NCBI RefSeq assembly: GCF_009914755.1
Contig: NC_060933.1
Reading direction: 5' to 3' (one strand)
Length of the DNA stretch: 64,000 nucleotides
Source of the DNA: the human T2T-CHM13v2.0 reference genome, Homo sapiens
Shown here: one piece after another, positions 29,176 through 44,198 of the stretch
Position numbering within the stretch: position 1 is the stretch's first letter
How the letters are laid out: each line of letters starts with the position of its first letter
Program-made: the position numbers and the translations under genes
Notes under the pieces: generated by a model
Seen by the model: the letters and a program-made list of their open reading frames with translations, nothing else
Database searches by the model: none
Told to the model about the DNA's origin: nothing

Positions 29176-32149
29176 AAGGGAAGCCAAGCCAGGGTTTAAC
29201 CAAGTCTAGGGCCCAAGTCAGCTGGCAGGTTTGTTTACCTGCCCCCTCCACACCAATATTATTGCTGGTAACTAGAGCAGGGTCTTCAGAATGTTTTCTC
29301 TCTTGTGTCTTTTAGTTACGAGCCAAGGTCACAGTTCTTGGTTTTCTCCCTGAACCATGAGCAAAGATACGGCAGAACCTGAGGCTACTCTCAGACCAAT
29401 GCGCATGGCCCCCAAATGGCTTTCCTGGATGCGATTGTCCTGTGGACACTTTCTTGTCCCACATGCTCCTTATAAAGACCCCTGTTTCTCAAAGGTCTTT
29501 CCTGAGATCCCTTTGAATCTTTTCTACCATTTTCCCAGTCTGGACAACAGAGACCACAGAAATATAAACATACACAATGTCCTGCAGAATCAACAGCTTT
29601 AAAAGAATTGAAAAAAAGAGGGGGGCTGGGGGAACAAAAGACTTGTTCCCATTAAATGTAAGTACAAAGCACGCTGAAAGGGGACTGCTGATATTTCTGG
29701 AGCCCTTATGTTTGATGTACTATCCCTATTTTACAGGTGAAGAACAGATGAAGAAACTGAGGCTCAGAGGTTAATTTGCTTTCCAACACAGAGCTGGGCA
29801 AATGCCTCCTCCTCTTCCTTCAAGGCCCAGCCAGTGTTGCCTCCCATGTGACCTGAAGCCTCCTTCCCGGAACCAGCGGCAGAGCACCCACAGACATCCA
29901 GCCAGCAGCTCCCACAGGGTGTCCTCCTGCTGGGTACGGGGCAGCCTCTGCCACTAGATGGGATCTCAAGGCAGACACCATTACTCATTCACCTCTAGAT
30001 CCTATCCGCCAGCACAAGGCTTAGCCTGGACAGGGCTGCAATGAATGCTTGCTGGAGTAAACACATGGACAATGGAGTCATGATGTGAACCCTGCTTGTT
30101 CAATTGTGAGACAGTGCTTCCCCCTCCCCCAGCTGCCTCCGAGCCTCCCTCTTGTTCTCCCTGGAGGGAGTCAGGCTGGGTAGCAGAAGTGGTTACAAGA
30201 CCAGAGGGAGCATGGACAATGGTAATAAATATGTAAAATCCAGAATTCATTACATCCAGCTAATTCCAAATGCAAAAGACACCACAGCCTCTGAGACAGA
30301 TCCCAATGAGGGAGTCTGATTTGTAACTGACAATTTGAAAAGTGGACCAGAATTGTTTGGTCTAAATCATGAAATCATTCTCTTCTTGATGGGCAAGATT
30401 AGTAAATACACAACCTCTACTAATTTGGGGCTCAAGGGCTTATCCCCCAGCCTGCCTCAGTTTTAGTTCTGTAAGAGACCCTCTGTGAGGTCCTTAGGGG
30501 GCCTCCCCACTCCACGTCCCTGGACTAGAGACCCTCTGGACATGAACCTCAAATCTCCAAAGCAGAGGATGTAGTTCTCTTAAGGAGACAGCATTAAAGC
30601 GAGACGTTAACATTACATAAAGTAAACTCTGTCCTCTGGGGGAGAGATGCTCCACAAACCGAGATAAAGTGAGTATCCCTCATGCGGTGCGCTTGAAAAC
30701 AGGCACCTTTGCGTGGTGCCTGCCTTCATCTATCATCCCCAAAGAAAGGGAGAGAGGGCCTGCCGAGCCACCCGGGAAAGACAGCTAATGCTTACAATTC
30801 GGCCAGGCAGGAGGTCTGCAAATGCTCCCCTCTGGCCTCCCACACTCAAAACATTTCCTATAGCGAAGGCTTCAAAGGTAGAGAAGCGAATAAAGATTTC
30901 CCCTCTGCCCTATGCCAGCTGAGAGAATATCTTCCTCTTCCCTCTGTTACACACACACACACACACACATCCACACACCTCAGACATGCACACATACAGC
31001 TGCAGGCGAGAACCAAAACCACAGACCTAGCTCGAATGGAGGGGACTATGTTTGAGACCACAGATAAAGGTCATGCCAAAAGCAAGTGATCTGAAGTTAG
31101 AAGTTCTAGTCCTATTCCCAAAACTTACTATGATGAAAGGAGAGTAAGGGAGAGAGAGTTTAGGTGGAGGCACTCCGTGTGAGCCGCTAGCACAGCAGTG
31201 GCACACACAGGAAATGCTTCCATCCATGAATCCTGGCACTGAGTAGATGATCCTGACCAGGTCTCCACCACTAGCTGCAGGAAGCCTCATCCTTCGGCAA
31301 GAGCAATGAGAAATGGCCTGAAGGGCACTGAACTTTTTCCTCGCCTAAGTCCCCCAACTTTTTCTCTATTAACTCTGCCTCAGTGGCATAAGCTCCAAAT
31401 AAATTTCTTCCTCTGCCTGTGGTACCGAAGGCCCCAGTTACAGCTTGTTGTTGTTTCACATAAAAGTCAAGTTTGGCTCTTATCAGTCACTAACACTAGT
31501 GAAAATTAGTTCATCCATTTGGTGTCTAAAAGCAGTGAAGGGCAAGTTTCTTTTATTAATAGGTGGTCAGGTGGCTTGGGAGTGGGGCTTGGGTTCAGTG
31601 GGACGAGGCTACTTTAGACACAGCACAAGCTGGTGTCAGTGAGATAACTGGAGAAACTCAGTCTCCTTATGGGCAAAATGGAAAAACACGGGCTGAACAG
31701 CCACAGCTAGACAGTGGGTTAGTAGCTGTTGTCAACACTGCTGGTGAAGGTGCTTTGTACGCTCCCTGCATGTTCTGATCCCAACCGACATCATCAGTAG
31801 TCACCTAGGTTAAAACACAGAAAACGCTGATAAAATCTGTAAAGAAGCTGGTGACAAAAAGGACCAGAAAAATTCTCAGGAGACTGGAACAATAGGCTGA
31901 AACTAACAAGTTGAGGTGTATTTGGGACAATTGTGAATTCCTACACTTTGGTTAAAAAAAATCACCTTTAGAAGTACTAGTTAAGGCCGGCCTGTTTTGA
32001 AAACAATTTCCATGGTAGGTGTACAAGGTGCAAAGTTTTATGTTTAATACATGGTTCAGCAATGGCCAGTGTAGGATATAGTTCAAACAAAAGAATAATG
32101 CGACCCACTACATTCACAGAAGTAGAAAATCCTGAGCTGTACTCAAGTG

Positions 32150-32792
<643 letters not shown>

Positions 32793-33989
32793 GGCTGGAG
32801 TAGGGGTGGAGATAAGTCCACTGCACTGTGTTCTCAACAGAACCACATCCAGAATATCTGGTATTTCAGGCCTTTTAGGAGGGACAATGATAAACCAGAG
32901 CCTGGCTAAGACTATCTGAAGGACTGGGAGTGAGAACGGTTAGTGGAAAAGAACTGGATCCTTCTAGCACTAGTGGGGAAATCACCAGCAATGATCCGGT
33001 GTTATGTGGCTGCAGAGTGCAGAACTAGGACTAGGGCATGAAAACTGTGATGATGGCATTTGGGCCCTTTTTAGAATGAGGTTCCCTGACACCAGAAGGA
33101 ACGGTGTAGGCCAAGGCCAGACAGCCTGCAAAAGAGGCTATCTGTGTGGATAGAAAGCTGATGTCCTCTCTGATCTGAGGCTCTGAGATGCTAAGTAACA
33201 ACATGAAGGAAAATGACTGGCTGCCTAGCCAACAAACCAGAATGTACACACCCAGAGACATTTCCTCCTTCAGGTAGTCTTCTGGGAGGTCAAGGCTTGT
33301 TCTGGCCAGCCTCACAGGTAATTCCAGTGGCTGGATACCCGCATTGTGGGGCCTTACCTTGCACAGCTGCTGCCTTCAAGGAGCTTATAAGTGAGGGTCT
33401 GCCATGAACGCTCTAGTATAATGTTAGCTTGCTGGGTCTCAGCTGACTAGTCAACAGAAAGAAGAAGAAGGGTCTCTGAGCTCCTCCCCACTTACAGATC
33501 CTGTGTGACTGCTCTTCCTGCATCTCACAGAAAAAGAACATTTCCAGTTGTTCTCACGGACTTCAAGGCTAGAGGTCCTCCAGCCCATCCAGGACCCTGG
33601 GAGCCCTAGATCTCTCCAGCACTCTCCTTTGAATGTCTATCTACTAATCATCTCTACCTGAATGTGCTGTGTCAACATCAACGTGTCCCAAACCAAACTC
33701 CTTCTGTCCTCACCCTCCAACATACTCCTCTGTAACCCTAGACTTGGGTGGAGTGGGAGGGGAGTTTGCTATTGGGCCAGTTGGCTTTGTCTTTGACCAC
33801 TGGGTGCTGGATCTTACTACCTTACGGGAGAGGGACACGTAACTCTAAAGAAACAGCTGGAAGAGAAGATTTCCGAGGGACTCCTTCAGAGCAAGAGAGG
33901 AAGACGGAGATGAATTCTACATAGAAAGCCTGAGAAGGCCTCTCAGAGATGGCTTCCTTGCCCTCCCCAGATGTTCACAGGGTTAACTG

Positions 33990-34480
33990 TGAGTTAGGCT
34001 CTGTGCTGGGCACTAGGGGCCACCAAGGACTCCAGCGTGGCTTCTGTTACTGAGGTGCTTTCAGCCTCATGGGAGAGACAGACAGGCACATGAGGGCACT
34101 GCCTGGCCCAGGTGTCAGGACAGAGGCTTGCTGGGTATAAAGGAGGCACAAAGGAAGAGAGGGGGTCACTCCCAGGCACACAGTCAGGAAGAGCTTCACA
34201 GAGGACCAGAGAGGGAGGGAAGCGTGTGCTGAGCCTTGACAGCCTGGCTGGGCAGACCACAGAGGGTGTTCTAGGCAAAGAGAATGCAGGTGGGAACAGC
34301 CCAAGGCACTCAGGAACATAGCTGCACCAGGGGACTTGGAGTGATGGGAGGAGAATGTGAAGGGAATTGAAAGTGGAGATCATGGGCCAGGTTGTGAAGG
34401 TCTTGGATGCCAGGCCAAGGAGTGAGACACCATCATATAGGGACTAGGGGACATAGGAGAGTTTTAGGATGAGATCTGTC
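33990..34480 (-). mobile_element. L2 fragment
   Basis: ggctctgtgctgggcactagggg...ggaagagcttcacagagg...atgccaggccaaggag. Confidence 0.7.
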
Positions 34481-36600
34481 AGGAGTAATTGTACACTTTT
34501 TTAAATACAAGAATTTTTCTTGTTCTGCCTTCATTTTAGTAAAAACGAAGCATCATGGAGCTGGCAAATCATCTCTGCATCCCAAAGACAGTGCGACATG
34601 TGATAATGACTGTGAAGCGCAGCTAAGCCCGTTAGCAGGAATGACCAGGGAGTGAGAGGCAGCGCTGGAGTGTCACCCTCCAACATCGTCTCTTTGTTTG
34701 AGGATCACTAGGAAAGGAGCCATTAGAAAAACGCTAGCCTGGTAATAGGAGGGAAATGGATCTTGGCAGGGCTGTGTTACCCATTGAGAAATTAGCAAAA
34801 AACATTCAGGGAAGAAAGCAGGGGCTTCTGTGCTTACCCATTGAGGCTCTTGGGGAATAATGACACATGGTTACCACCTGAGGAACCCCTGCTGAGGCAG
34901 CTGACTTGCCCAGTGGTCTACTACAGGCTCAGGTGAGTAGGAGGGTCCTTCCCAGGAGGGGCAGTGATGCTCAGGCAGGGCTGGGATGCTCAGGCTCCTT
35001 GCAAGAGCTGATCCTCAAGTCTGAACCACTCCCCAGGCACTGTGTCAGGTACTAGGGATGGGGCCATGACTAAGACACGGCTTCATCCTCAGGAAGCTCA
35101 CACTCCCTGACATGGTGGCACTGGAGCCTTGAGGGAGGCAGGACAGACCTCATCACCCCCATTCCACATCTGTGGGCAACCAGGGAGGTTGGGGGGAGAC
35201 TTGGTTTCTTTGTGAATCGATTCTTTGCTACTTTGCTTAGCATCAAGTTCCTCTTGTCATGGCAATCACTCAGAATACTGAGAGGGTGAAAGAGGATGGG
35301 CGGTGCAGCGGGTCCGGATGAAAACTTGGAGGGGTGGGAACTGCTATGATGTCAACTGACAGTGCCCAGAGAGCGGGGCCATCACACCAGAAATGCCTGC
35401 TCCATTGCCACTTCTCTCAGATGTCAGACACTCCTTCATCCAGAAGACATCCACAGAGTGTCCGTTACAGGGAGTCCCTGCCCTATGCTCTTCCATCCAG
35501 TGTGGTGAAGAATCTCTAGTCCCCAGAGGAATTTGGCTTGGATCAGGGATCTGATTTCTGGGGGTCAAATTTAGACACTTTGCCCCTAGTGGTACCGAAG
35601 AATAGCCCGAGAAGCCCAGCTGCGGGTGATGAACTGTCACTCAGGGACTACGAGTGGAGGCTGCCAGGGCGGAGGGGAAGGCATGCACGCTGAAGCACCA
35701 GGCGACCATTGCTTGGACCGCCCCCTCCATTGCTTCACCAATAGCTTCTGGCTCTCTTTCCTGAGAGCAATTTGAAAGAAAAGCAAACATCTTGGGAGAA
35801 GCTGGGATGATCTGTCTCTAGGACTCTAAAAAGACTCTGAGGTTTCTGGGGGGAACTTCTCTGCACCAGGGATGCTACATCCCAGGAAAACAGGGGTCTG
35901 GGCAAGTAGCCAGAGGCCCCCCACATTTCCTAGAAGAATGGCACATTCCCCTAGGAAATTGCTTTGAGTGGGCAGGGCTCAGGGTCTCTCAAATGACAGC
36001 TGCTTCACTGTCAGGCGTTTTCATGTCACCTTGTACTGCTGGAAGAGGCTCCAAAGATGAGGCTGGATGGCCTAGAGCTTCCTACTTGCTAATAAAACTG
36101 ACTTTTTTACACTGGCTGTCCAAAGGAACCTGGAGCAGTGCGAAGCATATGGGCCTGGAGTTGGCCTAATCTGAGTTTAACTCCTGGTTTTGCCATTCCC
36201 CGGAAGTCTGGAGGTCCTGGGAATACACCCGCACCCTCTTGGATCAAACCTGGGCCATCTATGAAGCTGGCATGGTGGGGGTACGTCAGTTTCATAGATG
36301 AGACAACTGAGGCCAAATGACTTTTAAGGGATAGACCTAGGACTAGAAACCAGGACTCCTGATACTGAGTTCAAGATTTTCCAGAGCCTCTTAGGAGCCT
36401 TGGTCAGGGGTGGCTCAAGGTTACAGAACACACCCTTAAAAGTGCAGCTAAGAATACGATTTCCTTCTGGTCCTCAGATGGATCTTTAAGCCAGATCATC
36501 CCTATTAAAGGAAACACAGTCTGATGATCCCATTTCCTGGCCTATGCACAAGTGCCTACTCTGCCTAGAAGCCTTACCCCACCTTCTAACTATTCAATAA

Positions 36601-36968
<368 letters not shown>

Positions 36969-37199
36969 TTTTGTACTTCTCTTGTATGTCTATCTATTAT
37001 GACCCATCATTGTCTCTTTCTCTCTCTCTCTCTCTCTCTTATAATGTCTGTTTCCCTCACAGGGCTTGAGGAGTTTGGGGACAAGGGGCCATGCCTTATT
37101 CACCTCTTTATCACCAGTAGCCAGCAGTGCTGGACACTGGGAGCCAAACGAATGTGTTGAGTGCATGGTCTCAGTAAATCCAGGAATTCTGAGAGCTGG

Positions 37200-38700
37200 G
37201 AATAGCTCTGAGAGGATGAGCTTTCATTAACACATGCAGCTCTTCCCGCCTTGGGTGGACATTCAAATGGCCCATGTGGCTAAGTCACAACACCACGAGT
37301 CAAAGGCCCACTTTCCTTCTCAAAGGAAACATTTAAAAAACCACGGGTGTTACAAATGGCCACTTTCTCCAGGATGAAAGACATCTGGGGGAGGAGGCAA
37401 AGAGGAGAGAGCAAAATATCAGGTCTGTGTGGTCACAGCCCATGATACTTCTACATCTTGAGAGAACCCACCGATCAATATGAAGCAAGTGATTTCTCAA
37501 TTCCTTTAGAAGGACCGTAGGTTAGACTGTTAGATTCTTTTAAAGACAAGCAAGAATCCTGCTGTTACAGACTCCTCCAGTTCTTGTCCATCCTTTTTCT
37601 TCTAACTCCCCACACTAAGCTATCTTCATGGCCCATGACACGTATGGAAAGTAACTATCCAAGTATTTTAAAGCACTATTTTCCTATTGTTATAATGGCC
37701 CCAATAAGGGCACCATTGTTCCTTAGCGGTATACATGCTTCATTCTAGTAATTAGCTGTCAGAGAGGACCCGACAGCAGCTTAATGTTGTCCGCTCAAAT
37801 CATATTAATGAAATGCAATCCACTCAAATGTCCTGAATGCATATCTGTAATTGCGTTAAGCAGAGAGGCTGGGGACATCAGGATCAAACTTCAGTCTCTG
37901 AACAGAGCATTACGATCAAGCACATTAATCCATTATTTCTTCAGAATCTGACAGCCAATTAATATACCCGGCCTTCATACACCAGGCAAAGGATTGATGT
38001 TCCTGTCATGATTTTGTTTTTAAAAAAACCATTAAAATGACTGTTTGTACTCAGGGATGTCAAAGTAAATGCTCGGTGTAATGTTTCTAATCAAAATCAA
38101 TTGTTCAAAGGTGCAAAGGTAAGAAACAAACTTTGGAGGAGCATTGTCATTGCTTCCAAAAAAGGAGATTTAAAGATCTGAAAGTCTCACTGCTTTTCCT
38201 GGTGCTTTTAACAAAAAAGTAGCTAAAATTAAGTACTAGTCAGAGTTCAAATAACTCAGTTCTGGCAAGTGATTTTGAAGAGGACATGCATGGTAAGGGT
38301 TTTTATTTTTATTTTTAAGACAGACAGGTCTTCATTTCAAAGATTTCACTGGTATTTACAACTAAGCATATAAATACCCAAAGCGAGACTCCCCAGTCCT
38401 GAGTTTTCCTGCTTCACTTCACAGAACACACTTTGTTAATTACCAAAGCTGCCGTCCACAAATTAGAACTTCTGCTGGACTGGGAAGGCAGAAATGAGAA
38501 TAAATACCTCTTCAAATCTGCAGATCTGCGGAACTGCGCAAATATCCTGTGAATCGGACCCACTTGGAAGAGTGTGTGGGTCAGCGGTGCATTCAGGACT
38601 GTGATAAAATTTAATTAGAAGCTGCTATTGGGACACCGTTATTGATGCGCTGGTACACGTAGGGGGAAAACCGCAGCCTGTGTGCTGCCGGTGCCCTTGG
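37200..38700. promoter_or_regulatory. Candidate developmental enhancer (repeat-free, rich in homeodomain and TALE motifs)
   Basis: No recognisable repeat over ~1.5 kb; dense TAAT/ATTA and TGACA/TGTCA motifs; inverted composite sites at 37749-37763 and 37947-37961. Confidence 0.5.
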
Positions 38701-39178
38701 TGGGAGCTGTCTTCACGGGGCTGCTCACATAGTGCTGAAATCAAACTCACTGGTCATACTGCCCACTGTCATTTTGGGTTGAGGACCAGAATGTGCATTT
38801 CTGGGCTTCCCCAAATCTGGACCCTGTCTGTTCCCACCACTCCCTATCTCCCCTGGTATGTTCCAGCCACACAACACCACTGCTGCTTACCTCCGTGACT
38901 GGGTCCCTACACAAATTTCCTTTGAGTGACAACTTTTAACATGAACCCAGGCATCCCTGTTCCAGGCTGAGTTTGATGTCTTCTGTGGGGCTCCACAGTC
39001 CCCATCAGGGCAGCACGGACCACGCGGTGTTGGAAGTGTTTGCATCTACAGCCGACTTCCTTTACTCAAGTGTGCACATTTAGAACTTAGGGATGACTGC
39101 CCAACACAGGGCCAGGCACAGTGCAGTGACTCAGAAAACGTTTCCTGAAGCTGACAGAGCACGAACAATTGTAAGGCT

Positions 39179-39492
39179 CTTTTATTTACTTATTTTTTAA
39201 GAGATGAGGTCCCACTTTGTCACCCAGGCTGCTGGAGAGTAGTGGGCATGATCATGAGTTGCTGTAGCCTCAAACTCCTGGGCTCAAGGGATCCTCTCAG
39301 CTCAGCTCCCCAAGTAGCTGGGACTACAGATGCACAACACCATGTCCAGCTAAATCTTTCTTTTTAATTTTTATAGAGATGGGGTCTCACTATATTGACC
39401 ACGCTGGTATCGAACTCCTGGTCTCAAGTGATCCTCCTGCCTCAGCTTCCCAAAGTGCTGGGATAGAAGGGCATGAGTCACTGTGCCTGGCC
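39179..39492 (-). mobile_element. AluJ
   Basis: aactcctgggctcaag diagnostics. Confidence 0.93.
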
Positions 39493-40215
39493 ATTTCTAA
39501 GACTGTTGATATAAACTGCTAAGTGACTTCAACACTCCTATCAGTAGCACAGAAGAGCCTTATGAGCATTATTTCAACCCAAAAAACTACGTTAGCACTA
39601 TCCTCATCTATCTTCTGTTTCACCATATAGAAATACAGGCTATTTCTAGTTTTATTTCCACAGTCCAATCTCTCTTCCATCCAAAAAAAAAAAAAAAAAA
39701 GAAAAAATCTATCATTCTACTCCTCAAGTAAGGCTCAAATCTTAGGAAATGGGACACTGATTTTATAAGCAAAGCCACAAAAGGAGCAGTTACTTCATCA
39801 ACCCAGACCCCATGCTAGCAGAGAGAAAGGTTGTAATTACTGTGCAAGGAGCCTTAAGAATGTGTGTGGAGATGCACAGGGATGAAGAAAGATATGCGCA
39901 ATTTTAGGGCTCATGTCAGAAAGACACTTGTAATAGAAGAATTTCCATGCTGACAACTAAGAGATAGCTTAAATATGTAAAGCCTTGGGTGAAATAGCCA
40001 CTGGGGAATTCTAATTATAAAGAAGAGTTCTGTACAACATAGGAGGGTGGGAAAAATGGAGGAACACTTCACATTTATAGGGTCCCTATTATGTGCACTT
40101 GGTACAGACTAGCTTTCTACACATTCTCTCATTTAGTCTTTAAGACCATCCCTGTGGGGAAGGAATTCTTATTTCTGTCTTACTGAGGAGGCTCAGGGAA
40201 GTAACTTGTATAAAG

Positions 40216-40329
40216 AGCAGAACTTGTCCAAGATCACCAGCGTGCTGGTCAACAGCAGAGCTTGTCCAAGATCACCAGCGTGCTGGTCAACAGCTGAGCT
40301 TGTCCAACATCAGCAGAGCGCTGGTCAAG
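40216..40329. repeat. 38-bp tandem repeat x3 inside a minus-strand MIR (~40065-40390)
   Basis: Unit agcagagcttgtccaagatcaccagcgtgctggtcaac; third copy diverged. Confidence 0.9.
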
Positions 40330-40582
40330 ATCAGAGCTGGGATTTCAATCCAGGTCTCTCTTATCTCTAAGCCCATTCTTTTACTCTGTACCATGTCTTA
40401 CCAAAGGTCAACAATTTTTTTCTTACGAAAAGAGTTTCAACTACCATTAAAGCCAAACACTATTCAAAATATCTGGGAGCTTGGAAGAAGGGGCACAGTA
40501 AAGATGGGGGCCAGGGCTTTGGGGTCCAATGGGCAAGTGTAGTCCCTTATTAGATGCAATTTTGGGCAAATCACTTAACCAG

Positions 40583-41239
<657 letters not shown>

Positions 41240-41919
41240 TGAATTATAGGAAAAAGACCAGAATATCATAAAGGGTTGTGGGGAGGAGCTAATGTACTTA
41301 GCAAATGGCATATGGTACACGGCAGTATTGCTTACTTTTCCCCCAGCCCTTGCTGAGCACCAGGCAGCGCTCTCATCACTTTATATATATTAACTCAACC
41401 CTCACAACAACCCCAAGAGGTAGAGATGATTACAATTCCCATTTTGTATGACGAGACAAAGCACAAAGATATTAAAAACTTACCAAGGACACTAAGGGCT
41501 GGCAGTTGGAGCCTGCAATTTACCGCCAAACCCACACACTTCACCACCATCTTCTCCTGCTTACGGCAGATGGTTATGACAGTGGTGTTGATGTTGGAAA
41601 TTCATCCTTCAAGGCTCAGCTCAGGCATCTTTCAGGGAAGTGCTGCCGAGCAACCTCTCTGCTGGCTGAGCTGGCTGCTCCCACAGCTCTTCCGGCTCAC
41701 AGCAAACGCTCCTGACTCCTCTACCTGTCTATGCGCACCTGGCAAGCAGGATCTGGTCCTCTCCTCTCTGTACGCTTGGCACCCAGCACAGAGCGAGCAT
41801 CCTGCCACTGCCGAATGAATCAATGAGCAAGGAAGCATGGGCTCCCTTCACACTGGGCAAAGGAAAGCCCTATACCCCTTTGGGCCAGTCTACATAGGGG
41901 TTTAATTACTATCTAAAGA

Positions 41920-42015
41920 TAACTAGTGAGTACTGGCCTTAATACCTAGGTGATGAAATGATCTGTGCAACAAACTTTCACATGTACCCCTCAACCTAAA
42001 ATAAAAGTTAAGAAA
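41920..42015 (+). mobile_element. Very short L1PA/L1PB 3' end
   Basis: cttaatacctaggtgatgaaat...cacatgtacccc...acctaaaataaaagtt. Confidence 0.8.
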
Positions 42016-43466
42016 AGTCTAAAAGTCACTTATTTTTTCCCAGGTTCCATCGTTTGAACTATTTTAAATGAAGCAGGCCACCTGGATATGCCATGATCTT
42101 TGTCTCAAAATGAACAAACACTTGTAAATGTCATTCAGAGAAGACAGATACAAAAGCCCTTCATAGGCCACCACGTCTCAGGATTCCAATCACATCAGCT
42201 TGGCAGATAGGGTGGAATTAGATTTTTCTTAAAAGGAAACTGAGGCAACAAGGGTACCGATTTCAAGCTGTCAATGTGTTCTGCTATTGTTCTGAAGTGA
42301 ATCTTCAATATTCAGTCCAAGAAAGAAAAATGAACTTGTCAGGCATTTCCCCCCTTCACTGTCTGGTCTATGAACTCCTACTCATCCCTTAAAACCCACT
42401 GTTGACATAACACCTGTGAAGCCTATCCTGCTCTCTCAAATGGAGTTAATCTCTCCCCCTTCTGGGTCACTTGAACAGGCTTCTATTTGCACTTAACACC
42501 TGCACTGAGAGTTCTCCGCACACCTCTCCCTCTTAGCATGAAGGGCAAAGACAGTGTTCTGTTCACTCATGTTTCTAGCTCAGTGCCAGGATGAGGGTAG
42601 GAGCTCAGTAACACACAATGAATTGAATGCAAAAACGCTGTCACACAAAGACAGAACCATACTCAAATCTGGGTGTTTCATCTCCAGTATCAAGGGCAGG
42701 ATCTAACCAGTGGGCTCAACTTAGCTCAGAGTGCTAGAGGGTTGCTGCATCAAAAATAATGTCTACTAACTTTCTTTTTTGTCCAATTTTTAAACTGTGT
42801 TAAGATACATATAGCATAAAATTTACTGCCGATTATTTTTAAGTGTACGGTTAGTTCAGTGATATTACATGCATTCATACTATTGTGTAACCATTATCAC
42901 CATCTATCTCCAGAACTCTTTTCATCTTGTAAAACTGAAATTCTGTAGGCCTGAAATAATAACTCCCCATTTCCCTCTCCTCCCAGCACCTGGCAACCAC
43001 CTGTCCACTGTCTGTCTCTATGATTTTGACTACGTTCCTCGTACAAGTAGAATCATATACTATTCGTTCTTCTGTGACTGGCTAAATGTATGTAGCATAA
43101 TGTCCTCCAGGTTCATCCATGGTGTAGCATGTGTCAGAATTTCCTCTCTTTTTAAGGCTGTGTAATATTCCATTATTTGTATATACCACATTTTGTTATC
43201 CACTCATCTGTGGATGGACACCTGGGTTGCTTCCACATTTTAGCTATTGTGAATAGTGCTGCTCTGAACATGGGTACCAAATATAACATGGGTATACAGA
43301 TATCTCTTTGAGACCCTCCTTGCTTTCAATTCCTTTGGGTATATATTCAGTAGTGAAACTGCAGGATCATATGGCGACTGTATTTTTAGTTTTTTGAGGA
43401 ACCATCATACTGTTTTCCACAGCAGCCATACAATTTTACATTCCCATCAACAGTACCCAAAGGTTC

Positions 43467-44193
43467 TGTGACGGTTAATACTGAGTGTCAACTTGATTGA
43501 ATTGAAAGATGCAAAGTATTGATCCTGGGTGTGTCTGTGAGGGTGTTGTCAAAAACCATTAACATTTGAGTCAGTGGGCTGGGGAAGGCAGATCCACCCT
43601 TAATCTGGTGGGCACCATCTAATCAGCTGCCAGTGAATATAAAGCAGGCAGGAAAACGTGAAAAGGAGAGATGGGCCTAGCCTCCCAGCCTACATCTTTC
43701 TCTCGTGCTAGATTGTTTCCTAGCCTTGAAGATCAGACTCCAAGTTCTTCAGTTTTGGGACTCAGACTGGCTCTCCTTGCTCCTCAGCTTGCAAACAGCC
43801 TATCGTGGGACCTTGTGATAGTGTAAGTTAATACTTAATAAACTCCCCTTTATATATATATATCTCTCCTATTGGTTCTGTCCCTCTAGATAACCCTAAT
43901 ACAGGCTCCATATCTCTATCTCTATCTCCTATTAGTTCTGTCCCTTTAGAGAACCCTGACTATAATACAGGCTCCATATCTATATATCTATATCTACATA
44001 TATATCTCCTGTTAGTTCTGTCCCTCTAGAGAACCCTGACTAATACAGGCTCCATATCTCTATCTCCTGTTAGTTCTGTCCCTCTAGAGAACCCTGACTA
44101 TAATACAGGCTCCATATATCTATATCTATATCTACATCTATATCTACATATGTATGTCCTGTTAGTTCTGTCCCTCTAGAGAACCCTAATACA
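43467..44193 (+). mobile_element. MLT2A1-like (HERV-L) solo LTR with amplified 3' terminus
   Basis: TGTGA.GGTTAATACTGAGTGTCAACTTGATTG start, ...GAACCCT(GAC)TAATACA end; 5-bp TSD ggttc at 43462-43466 and 44194-44198. Confidence 0.92.
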
Positions 44194-44198
44194 GGTTC
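43865..44198. repeat. Minisatellite: five copies of LTR terminus + TSD-like 5-mer, separated by (TA/TC)n spacers
   Basis: LTR ends (taataca) at 43903, 43969, 44047, 44107 and 44193. Confidence 0.95.

Noticed and set aside
35581-35594. CTCF-like word (minus strand CCACTAGGGGCA); also ccactagatggga at about 29952
   Set aside because: Mismatches fall in core positions and cannot be supported without PWM or ChIP data.
43865-44198. Superficially CRISPR-like array (direct repeats with variable spacers)
   Set aside because: Eukaryotic DNA; the repeats are LTR termini and the spacers are simple TA/TC microsatellite; no cas genes.
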